Assembly (NCBI GenBank): GCA_035999335.1
Contig: DASYGV010000008.1
Coordinates: 3,700 to 67,699 of the forward strand
DNA length: 64,000 nucleotides
From: Thermoanaerobaculia bacterium
Lineage (GTDB): Bacteria; Acidobacteriota; Thermoanaerobaculia; Gp7-AA8
Direction: 5' to 3'
Position 1 is the first letter of the stretch, and every line of letters starts with the position of its first letter. Position numbers and translations under genes: made by a program. Shown here one piece after another: positions 40,595-49,200 of this stretch. The notes beneath the pieces were generated by a model. That model was given only the letters and a program-made list of their open reading frames with translations. It did not search any database and was not told the origin of the DNA.

Positions 40595-40682
40595 CTGTCA
40601 TCCTGAGCCGGCGGAGCGCGGCGAAGGATCTCCTCCCCACTCGCGGGAGGTCCTTCGCCGTCTACGCGGCTCAGGATGACAA
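40595..40682. repeat. TGTCATCCTGAGC...GCTCAGGATGACA long imperfect hairpin
   Basis: Outer arms ctgtcatcctgagccg / cggctcaggatgacag-like. Inner arms ggcgaaggatctcctccc / gggaggtccttcgcc. The right arm contains the ATG (40676) of the JmjC gene. Confidence 0.8.
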
Positions 40683-41878
40683 GCAAGGACACCGTGACCA
40701 TCACCTTCGCCGAAACCCTCGGCGGCGCGATCCGCGTCGACGACTTTCTCGCGCGCGTCTGGGGCCGAACCTTCGCGCACCTCCCGGGCGCGCCCGGCCG
40801 CTTCCACGGCCTCCTTTCCTGGTCCGAGGTCAACGGAATGCTCCAGAAGCATCGCTTGCAGCCGCCGAGGTTGCGGCTCGTGCGCAAAGGCGAGTTCGCG
40901 TCGAAGAGCGAGTACCTCCGTTTCGAAGGCAACGTGCCGTTCGTCGTGCCGGAGAGACTCTCGCAGCGGCTCCGCGACGGCTACACGCTGATCATCGACG
41001 CGGTCGACGACATGACCGACGGCGTGATGCAGGCGGCCGAGGACTTCGAGCGCGTGTTGCAGGAGTCCGTGCAGGTGAATCTGTACGCGGGCTGGCGCGA
41101 ACAGCAGGGCTTCAACCGCCACTGCGACACGCACGACGTCGTCGTCCTGCAGGTCTACGGGAAAAAATACTGGCGCGTATACGAAGGCGGTCGTCTGCAT
41201 CCGCTGAAGAACGACATCGCGCCAAACAAGGAAGCACCGCAGAAGGTGGTCTGGGAAGGGATGCTCGAGGACGGCGAAGCGCTTTACATCCCGCGCGGGT
41301 GGTGGCACGAGGCCTCGGGCGTCGGCGAGGTTACGCTGCACCTGACGTTCGGCATCCATCAGCGCACGGGCGTGGATCTCGTGCGATGGCTCGCCGATCA
41401 GTTCCGCGCGTCGACGGAGTTTCGCGCGCCGCTGCGCCGTTTCGGATCGCGCGAAGAACAGCAGCAACAACTGCAGGAGCTGCTCCGCCAACTCGTCAAC
41501 GCGATCGACGACGATCTGCTGCCGCGCTACTTCACGGACCAGAACGCGCGCGCGCGAACGCGCGGGTGGGCCAGTCTCCCGTGGACCGTTGCGAACACCG
41601 AAGCGCCTCCGATGAATGCGCGGGTCACGCTCTCCGCGCCTCGCGAGCTGAACCTCGTCCGCGACAATGGGTCGATCCGCTTCGATGCGAACGGACGTGT
41701 GTGGCAGTTCGCCGCCGCGGCCGAGCCTCTCCTCCACACGCTCGCGCGCGGTCCCGCCACCGTCGCGGAATTGTGCACCGCCACCGCGGGAGCGCTGGAC
41801 GGCGCGACCGTGCAGCAATTCGTCGTCGAGCTCGCGCGGCAAGGCCTCGTCCAGGTGACGGGCGAGCCCGGCGCGTGA
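40676..41878 (+). CDS. JmjC / cupin-4 family Fe(II)/2-oxoglutarate-dependent oxygenase
   Basis: GFNRHCDTHDVVVLQVYGKKYWRVY (HxD facial triad plus the QVxGxKxW block of RoxA/YcfD-type enzymes) and GEALYIPRGWWHEA (distal His). Confidence 0.8.
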   Translation: MTSKDTVTITFAETLGGAIRVDDFLARVWGRTFAHLPGAPGRFHGLLSWSEVNGMLQKHRLQPPRLRLVRKGEFASKSEYLRFEGNVPFVVPERLSQRLRDGYTLIIDAVDDMTDGVMQAAEDFERVLQESVQVNLYAGWREQQGFNRHCDTHDVVVLQVYGKKYWRVYEGGRLHPLKNDIAPNKEAPQKVVWEGMLEDGEALYIPRGWWHEASGVGEVTLHLTFGIHQRTGVDLVRWLADQFRASTEFRAPLRRFGSREEQQQQLQELLRQLVNAIDDDLLPRYFTDQNARARTRGWASLPWTVANTEAPPMNARVTLSAPRELNLVRDNGSIRFDANGRVWQFAAAAEPLLHTLARGPATVAELCTATAGALDGATVQQFVVELARQGLVQVTGEPGA

Positions 41879-42759
41879 GCCGCGTCTACTGCTCCGACGC
41901 CGCCCGCCTCCGCGGCGACGACAACGCCGCCACCGCCGCGCGCATCGACGTCTGGATCCTCGTCGAGCTCCCGATCACCTGGGGCCGCGATCCGATCACC
42001 GAGGCCGCGCTGCCGCAGACGGTGCGAAACGCACTGAAGCGCGCGTCGCACGACATCCCACGAAGCCGCGTCGTCTTCATTCGCAAACGCGTCGAATGCC
42101 TCGGCGCAACCCGCGTTTACGTCATCCGCAGCGCGCCGCACACCGGCGTGACGCAACTCGACCTCGACACGCTCGAAGACGTCGCGACCGTGCCGTTCGT
42201 CTCGATCGCCAACGACACGGCGTCGTCCGCGGCGCGCCCGCTCGTCCTCGTCTGCACGCACGGACAGCACGATTCGTGCTGCGGCCGCCGCGGCTATCCG
42301 CTCTTCGACGCGCTGCGCCAGCACGACGGCATCGATCTCTGGCAGTGCTCGCACATCGGAGGGGACCGCTTCGCGGCGAACGCCGTCGTCCTTCCGTGGG
42401 GCCTCTACTACGGCCCGGTCGAGCCGCGCGACGCCGGTGCGCTCGTGGACTCGCTAGCGCGCGACGAGATATTTCTCCCCGCGTATCGCGGACGCTGCTC
42501 GATGCCGAAACCGCTCCAGGCCGCGGAGACGTTCGTGCGACGCGAGACGAACATCCTCGCGCGCGACGCGTTCGAGCTCCTGTCGCGCGAGAAGCTCGAG
42601 CACGGACGGATGCAGGTTCGGCTGAAGGACACTTCCGGAGCGATCCACGACGTGACGATCGAACGATCCGACTCGGCGGAGACCGCGATGCTCACCTGCA
42701 CGGCGAGCACGGCGGCCAACGTGTCGCAGTTCCGGATGATCGACTACAAACGCATCTAG
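41875..42759 (+). CDS. sucrase/ferredoxin-like (thioredoxin-like [2Fe-2S]) family protein
   Basis: Track ORF trimmed to GTG 41875 (GTGA overlap with the JmjC stop). LVCTHGQHDSCCGRRG and CSHIGGDRFAANAVV match the Suc_Fer-like Cys/His motifs. Confidence 0.7.
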   Translation: MSRVYCSDAARLRGDDNAATAARIDVWILVELPITWGRDPITEAALPQTVRNALKRASHDIPRSRVVFIRKRVECLGATRVYVIRSAPHTGVTQLDLDTLEDVATVPFVSIANDTASSAARPLVLVCTHGQHDSCCGRRGYPLFDALRQHDGIDLWQCSHIGGDRFAANAVVLPWGLYYGPVEPRDAGALVDSLARDEIFLPAYRGRCSMPKPLQAAETFVRRETNILARDAFELLSREKLEHGRMQVRLKDTSGAIHDVTIERSDSAETAMLTCTASTAANVSQFRMIDYKRI

Positions 42760-42850
42760 GAGCGCCGGCGTCCTCGCCGGCTGGCCCGCAGGCGTCCCGC
42801 GCCTGCGTTTCTGCGAGGCGGCGAGGACGCCGCCTGGCCAGCCGCCGGGG
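42760..42850. repeat. GC-rich composite repeat with several short inverted repeats
   Basis: It starts GGAGCGCCGGC right after the TAG stop, as the 24765 element does. ggcgtcctcgcc (42767-78) pairs with ggcgaggacgcc (42820-31). Inner hairpin gcaggcg-tcccg-cgcctgc. Confidence 0.5.
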
Positions 42851-42923
42851 ACGGCGGCGTTCCACTCCCTCGGGTAGGGAAAACCCCTATCATCATCCCT
42901 CCTTCTGAAGAGAGGCTCGCACC

Positions 42924-44843
42924 ATGCCCAACCATCCCGAGATCGAAGCGCCGGCCACCCGTCCCTTGAAGGCATACGCGTTCGACCCGAGCGCAGGGAA
43001 GCTCCTCGGCAACGAGATGACGATGAACGTCCGTTACGAAGAGCTCGAGCCCGGCCCGGTCGTGAAGGTGCCGTTCGAAGCGGAGAAAAGAGGGGAGATC
43101 GAGCGGCGCGGCAACGCGGTCGCGGTCGTCGACTACGACGGCGCGAACAAGACCTACTACCAGCCGGTCGACCTCGACGACCCGCGCATCCTCATTCGCG
43201 GCGGACTCGATCCCAAAGCATGCGATCCTCGCTTCCATCAGCAGATGGTCTATGCGGTCGTCACCGACACGATCCAGCACTTCGAGACCGCACTCGGCCG
43301 GCGGATCCACTGGCGGCGCGCAGAGCGCAAGGCGGGTGCACCCGGCGGACCCAATCCCGATCACATCTGGACACTCAACCTCTACCCGCACGCGTTCATC
43401 GGCCGCAACGCGTTCTATAGCCCGCGCGCGCACGGCATTCTCTTCGGCTACTTCCGCGCGGGGACGGAGAACGTCGGCCGCAATCTCCCCGGCCAGACCG
43501 TCTTCACCTGCCTCTCGCACGACATCGTCGTGCACGAGACGACACACGCAATCATCGACGGAATCCGCAAGTACTTCACTGAGCGGACGAATCCTGATGT
43601 CATCGCGTTCCACGAGGCCCTCGCCGACCTCGCCGCGCTGTTCCGCCACTTCACGCACCGCGAAGTCCTGCGCGACACCATCGAGCGCACGGGCGGCGCG
43701 CTCTACCGCTACCAGCTGAATCCTGAGATCGAAGTTTCCGCGCTCGACGACTACGAGAACAGCGACGACTCCACGAAGCGGAAACTCAGCTCCCAGTACA
43801 CGCGGCGGAACCCGCTCGTCGAGCTCGCGCAGCAGTACGGCGAGGCCACCGGAAAGGAGCAGGCCCTCCGCTCCGCCCTCGGCAGCAAGCCGAACTCCGA
43901 CGACATCAAGAAGATCACCGAGCCGCACAAGCGCGGCTCGATCCTCGTGGCCGCGGTGTTCGACGCGTTCTTCACGATCTATCAGAAACGCACCGCCGAC
44001 TTGTGGCGCATCTTCCGCGCTGGCGGCGGCAGCGACAATCCGACCGACGTCCCCGTGCCGCTTGCAGACCGTTTGTGCGAGGAAGCGACGCGTCTCGCCG
44101 AACAGTTCTTCCAGATCTGCGTGCGCGCACTCGACTACTGTCCGCCGGTCGACATCACTTTCGGCGGGTATCTGCGCGCGCTCGTCACCGCCGATCTCGA
44201 CCTGCGGCCGCGCGACGAAGTCGGCGTGCGCGACGCGATCATGCAGAGCTTCCGCATGCGCGGCATCTATCCCGAAGGCGCGGGATCGTTCTCCGAGGGG
44301 GCGATCGCGTGGCCGACTGCGCAGGCCCTCGACCTCCCACCTGTGAAGGGTCTCGCCTTCGGCGATCCGAATGGACTGACGGCATGCGAGAAGGATGCAA
44401 CCGGCGACGCACTTCGCGAATACCTCAAAGTCGAGGGCGTCCTCGAGAAGCTCAGCTTCGAGAAGGACCACACGATGCCGGTGCTAGTCACGTCCTTCCA
44501 CCCGCTGTTCCGCATCAACGCCGACGGGAGTCTCCGCACGGACATGATCGTGGAGATGGTCCAGACGCGTCAGATCCCGCTGCAGGCAGACGCGCCGGAG
44601 CTCGGCACGATGGCGTTGCGCGGAGGTGCGACGCTCATCATCCGGAAACCGCGAGCCCACGAGCCCGAAGCGAAGCGCAACGAGGCGACGATCTGCTACG
44701 TGATCAGCAAACATCTGAAGGATCCGGACACCGGGGAAGACCGCGCCGACCGGCAGCGCCGCTTCGCGGAATCCCTCGGCCTCGCCGAAGGCAACGATCC
44801 CGAGCGCTTCCAGATCGACTTCGCAATGGTGCACGGAGTCTGA
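42924..44843 (+). CDS. cytoplasmic HExxH gluzincin-like metallopeptidase-fold protein, family not recognised (module 1, gene A)
   Basis: 639 aa, no signal peptide. TCLSHDIVVHETTHAIIDG then FHEALADL, with the Glu 23 residues after the second His. Alignable over its full length with the 567-aa protein at 52398-54101. Confidence 0.8.
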   Translation: MPNHPEIEAPATRPLKAYAFDPSAGKLLGNEMTMNVRYEELEPGPVVKVPFEAEKRGEIERRGNAVAVVDYDGANKTYYQPVDLDDPRILIRGGLDPKACDPRFHQQMVYAVVTDTIQHFETALGRRIHWRRAERKAGAPGGPNPDHIWTLNLYPHAFIGRNAFYSPRAHGILFGYFRAGTENVGRNLPGQTVFTCLSHDIVVHETTHAIIDGIRKYFTERTNPDVIAFHEALADLAALFRHFTHREVLRDTIERTGGALYRYQLNPEIEVSALDDYENSDDSTKRKLSSQYTRRNPLVELAQQYGEATGKEQALRSALGSKPNSDDIKKITEPHKRGSILVAAVFDAFFTIYQKRTADLWRIFRAGGGSDNPTDVPVPLADRLCEEATRLAEQFFQICVRALDYCPPVDITFGGYLRALVTADLDLRPRDEVGVRDAIMQSFRMRGIYPEGAGSFSEGAIAWPTAQALDLPPVKGLAFGDPNGLTACEKDATGDALREYLKVEGVLEKLSFEKDHTMPVLVTSFHPLFRINADGSLRTDMIVEMVQTRQIPLQADAPELGTMALRGGATLIIRKPRAHEPEAKRNEATICYVISKHLKDPDTGEDRADRQRRFAESLGLAEGNDPERFQIDFAMVHGV

Positions 44844-44844
44844 G

Positions 44845-46197
44845 ATGACGACAGAAAAAACAGGCTTGCGCGTACGGATGTATCGCGTCGGGTTCGGCGA
44901 TTTCTTCCTCGTCACCGTTCCCACCGACGACGGGCCGAAACACATCCTCATCGACTGCGGCGTCACGCCGGGCACGACGCACAACGGCGACATCGGCACG
45001 ATCAAAGCTGCCGTCACGCACATGACCGAGGAGACGAACAAAAAGCTCGCGCTGATCATCGTCACCCATCGGCACATGGATCACATCATCGGCTTCAGCC
45101 GCTGCCCCGAGTTCCAAAAGGACTTCACGGTCGAATCGATCTGGATGCCGTATTGGGAATCCGAATACGACGAGGCGGTGAAGTTCCAGGCGGACCTCAC
45201 CGAGCTCGCGACGGACATGCAGCACTACCTCGCCTTCTCCGCGGACAAGAACACCGAGACGAACGAGTTGCTCGGCATGCTGCGCAATGCGACCGGTCTC
45301 GAGGACGATGAGTTGTTCGCCGTCGCGGGCACGACGCCTGGCAAAGGCGGCGGCACCAATGCGAAATCTCTCGCGATGCTGAAGAACGGCTTCGGCGTGA
45401 AGCCGGAGTACTACAAGAAAGGCGACAACCCGAAGCTGCCGAAGAGTCTGGAGAACTCCGGTCTCGAGGCCGTGATCCTCGGCCCACCGCCACCCGACGC
45501 GATGGACTTCATGAAGCTCAACGATCTCAAGAAAGGCGTCGGACAGTATCTCGGCGCCGATGGAGGTTCGACCACGCAGTCGAAGATCTTCGAGCCGTTT
45601 GGAAAGATGTGGCAGACCGACGCCAGTGCGTATCCGGAATCCGCGTTCCGCGAATACGCGCCGCGAGTCGAGGACCCGAACGCGAAGCCCGCGCATGAGA
45701 AGCTCGAAGCGGTGATCAATGCCGCGCAGCCGGCGATTCTCCTCACCGCGGTGAAAGAGCTCGAGCATTCGCTCAACAACCAGAGCCTCGTCGTGCTTTT
45801 CACGTTCAAAGGCAAGAGGCTCCTCTTCGTGGGCGACGCGCAGGCGGGGAACTGGACGTACTGGATGTACGGCGGCACTCCCACGAAGGCGCCCTCGCTC
45901 GATGATCTGTCGGCCGAGGGAAAGAGCGTCCTCGGAAATCTCGACTTCTACAAGGTCGGCCACCATGGCAGCACGAACGCGACGCCGATCACCGCGGTCG
46001 ATGCGATGGGTGGGACGTTCGCGTCGATGTGCTCGACGCAGGCGGATACGTACGGCAACCCCGACAAAGGCACCGAGGTGCCGCGCGATCCGCTGCTCGC
46101 GGCGCTGGCGAAAAAGAGTGCGCTCGTGCGCAGCGACTCTCCGGACGCGCAGGGCAAGTTCGACGTCACTGATCTCTACGTCGACTACGAAATGTAG
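44845..46197 (+). CDS. MBL-fold metallo-hydrolase, ComEC/Rec2-type motifs (module 1, gene B)
   Basis: 450 aa. YRVGFGDFFLV, ILIDCG, THRHMDHIIGF (HxHxDH), FVGDA, YKVGHHGSTNATP. The ATG is 1 nt after the gene A stop. Confidence 0.85.
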   Translation: MTTEKTGLRVRMYRVGFGDFFLVTVPTDDGPKHILIDCGVTPGTTHNGDIGTIKAAVTHMTEETNKKLALIIVTHRHMDHIIGFSRCPEFQKDFTVESIWMPYWESEYDEAVKFQADLTELATDMQHYLAFSADKNTETNELLGMLRNATGLEDDELFAVAGTTPGKGGGTNAKSLAMLKNGFGVKPEYYKKGDNPKLPKSLENSGLEAVILGPPPPDAMDFMKLNDLKKGVGQYLGADGGSTTQSKIFEPFGKMWQTDASAYPESAFREYAPRVEDPNAKPAHEKLEAVINAAQPAILLTAVKELEHSLNNQSLVVLFTFKGKRLLFVGDAQAGNWTYWMYGGTPTKAPSLDDLSAEGKSVLGNLDFYKVGHHGSTNATPITAVDAMGGTFASMCSTQADTYGNPDKGTEVPRDPLLAALAKKSALVRSDSPDAQGKFDVTDLYVDYEM

Positions 46198-46220
46198 GGC
46201 GGGCTGAAGCCCGCCCTACA
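46193..46220. repeat. TAGGGCGGGC...GCCCGCCCTA hairpin family, copy 2 (bidirectional terminator position)
   Basis: tgtagggcgggc-tgaa-gcccgccctaca followed by tttt. It lies between convergent stops and contains the TAG stop of the MBL gene. Confidence 0.8.
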
Positions 46221-46233
46221 TTTTGCCAATCCT

Positions 46234-49200
46234 TCAGGGCAACTGGATGGTGATCGTGTTGGTGTTGTTGGTCTCGACGGACTCGTCGACCTCATTCGAG
46301 CTATCCGCGGTCACGTCGATCGTGGTTTGCCCCGAATGCCCGCTCGTCTGCACCGTCACCTCGATCCATCCGTGCGGGGCAAGCGCGGGGGTTTCGACCA
46401 CACCGATGAACGCGTTGCCGTCGATCTGGATCTTCGTCTTCGATGGGGCAGCCGTGGAATCGCCGGTGTTGGAGATCAGTGCGGTCACGGTGAGCTCATC
46501 CGAGGTGCCATGGGAGGGCTCGGCGCGAATCGACGCCACGACCAGATCCGGTTTCTGCGCGGGCGGCGGCGTGTAGTAGACCTGCGTCGACACGACATTG
46601 GACCATCCGCTCGGCAGGCCCACGGGACCCGCCGCGAACGTCGTGCGCACGCGGTAGTAATACATGCCGGTCGAGACGCCGTTGCGGATGTACGTGGTTC
46701 CGGCCGTGGTCGCGAGGTCGGCCCAGTTCGACGATTCGACGCGGACGTCGTCGACGAACCATCCCATCGGAGTCGAACCGGGTTTGTTTTCAGGGCCAGT
46801 GATGAACCGGAAGCGCAGACGGATGGACTTGTCCTTGTAGGCGGTGAGACTGATCGACTGCGGCGTCATCGCCTCCGCGTCGAACGCGAGAGCCGCATCG
46901 GGCGCGAGCGCCGAGCGCGCGCTCTCATACACGGTGTCCCAGTCGAGAGTGCCGTCGTCTTCCGCGATCTGGACGACGACTTTGTCGTCGCTCTCATTCA
47001 TCGACCAATCGGAGAACTCGAGCGTCGCGGTTCCCACCGCAGGAATGGCAATCGGTTGCGCATACGTCAGCGTCGAGGTCGCGTTGGTGGCGCCTTCCGC
47101 CGCACGTCCCCAGAACGAATTCGAGCCGGAGCTCACCTTCAGGCTCGATGTCTCCCAGTTGAACGCGCCCGTGCCCTCGGTCGAAGACACCCACTGGCCG
47201 AGGCCGGACTCCGCATCGTCACTGGCGAGTGAAGCGAGGAATGTCGCTTCCTGCAACTCGTCGGGTCCGGTGGCTCCCGCGGGACGATCCCACGCCAGCT
47301 CGATCTTGCCGTCGGTGTCGGGCTCGGTATGCCCAACGCCGAAACGGAGGACCGGAGGCTGTTTGACGATCGAGCAGTCGGGCGTCACGTCGGCGATCAC
47401 GGTCGCCGTGAGATTCGTCGTGTTGCCGTCGCTCGTGAAGCCGGTGAGGCCCGTGAGCGTCAGGGCGACGCCGGCCGGGAGCTTCCACGTCGCCGACGTC
47501 GCGGTCTGGTAGTTGTCGATGTGTGTACATCCATCGAACTCGTTGTCGTTCGTCCCCAACGTGTACGCGGCGTCATCGAGATTCGGCGTCGCGTTTCCGG
47601 GCTGCGGCTGCGAGTCGACGACGGTCTGCGCGGGCTGATCGGACGCCCCCGTGTTTCCGTAGCCGTGGTTCTCGTCGGTATAGAGGATCGCCAGGCCCGG
47701 CGCCCAGGTCGGATCGCCGCGTTCACTCTGCCCTTTCCCGTCCTTGTCCCAACTGTTCCGGTCACGCACTTCGATGTAATAGGCGTGATCGAGATTCACG
47801 CCATCCGCTGAGCTGACGCGCGAAAAGCCGTTCGGGAAGAGGCGCGTGTGCTCGTCGCTCGACTCGAAGTCGCTTGCGTAAATCTGCTGCGCGCCGGCCG
47901 AGATGTCGATGTCGTCGATGAACCATCCGCGCTTCGCGACCGCGGGATCCGTCGAATAGGCGAAACGAAGCAGCAGTTCCTGTCCCTTGAACGGAGTCAG
48001 GTCGAATTCGTCATCGATCCACTGTGGATCGGGGTAGGTGCCGAGATGGCGGTTCGTATTGGTGAGTGCATTGGCTTCGCCGGACACGCCGGTGATGAAG
48101 TTTCCGTATTGCAGATTGCAGGCGTTGTTGTTCGGATTGAATCCGGTGAGCGTCGTTCCGTTCCTCGAGGCCAGTGAAGTCCAGGTCTGGCCGCCATCGA
48201 CCGACGCGAGCACGAAGGCGTAGTCCCAGTCCCACTCGATCTCGAACAGCGACTTGAACTTCAACGTGATCGCAGGCGCGTTCGCATGCTGAACGAGGTC
48301 AGGGAGGAAGACGTCGAGAGTGTGCCCGGGGCAACCGAAGTCGTCGCCCTGGCCCGAATGCCACGCACGCACACCCGAGGGAACGCTGTCGATCAGCTTC
48401 ACCTTCGGAAGATCGACGCGAAGCGCGTCGGCGTTGTGGATGCCCGGACCCGTCAAGGTGTACGGCGTGCCGTCCGGACGCTTCCAAGTGATCTCGCCCG
48501 TGTCCTTCTTCGACTCCCGCAGCGTGTAGATGCCGTCCGTTGCCTCGAGCGGGACGATCCAGCCGAGATCCTGGCGGCTGAACACCGTCATGAACTGCGC
48601 GTGGTCGCTGCCCATGAGCTCCCACGATCCCATCGTCGCTCGCGAGCCCGTGGAGTAGAAATCGGGCAGGCCGAGGGAGTGGCCGTATTCGTGCGCGATG
48701 ACGGACATCTTCTCCACGGCGGATTCAGGATTCACGTTGTACGGTCCGACGCGGATGAAAACCGGGATGCCCGTGTAGGTGGTCGTCATCTCCCTGCGCG
48801 AGCTGTCCGTCCACCACATCACCTGACCTTCGTGATTGCGAAGCATGTCGTTCGAGACATAGCCCTGCTCGCCGTTCGCGTCGGTGAAGTAGTACTGAAG
48901 ATCGGACTTGTGCGGCCAGACGTTGTTGATCCCGGTCACGCTCGTGTTGCCATTGCCGCCGTCGCCCGCGAACATCAGGTTGAAGAAATCGACGACTCCG
49001 TCCTTGTCGGTGTCGAAGTCGTTGTAGTCGAGGTCGGGATCGGCGAGCGATGCGGCGTCATAGACGATCTTTGCCGTCGGTCCGCACGCATCGTCGACTC
49101 CGAACAACAATCCCTGTCCCGTCAGCGCGCCGAGAAGCGCGTGACCGGTCTTGTCCGCACCGTAGTAACCCTGCGTGCCCGGAAGCAGGTACCAACCGTT

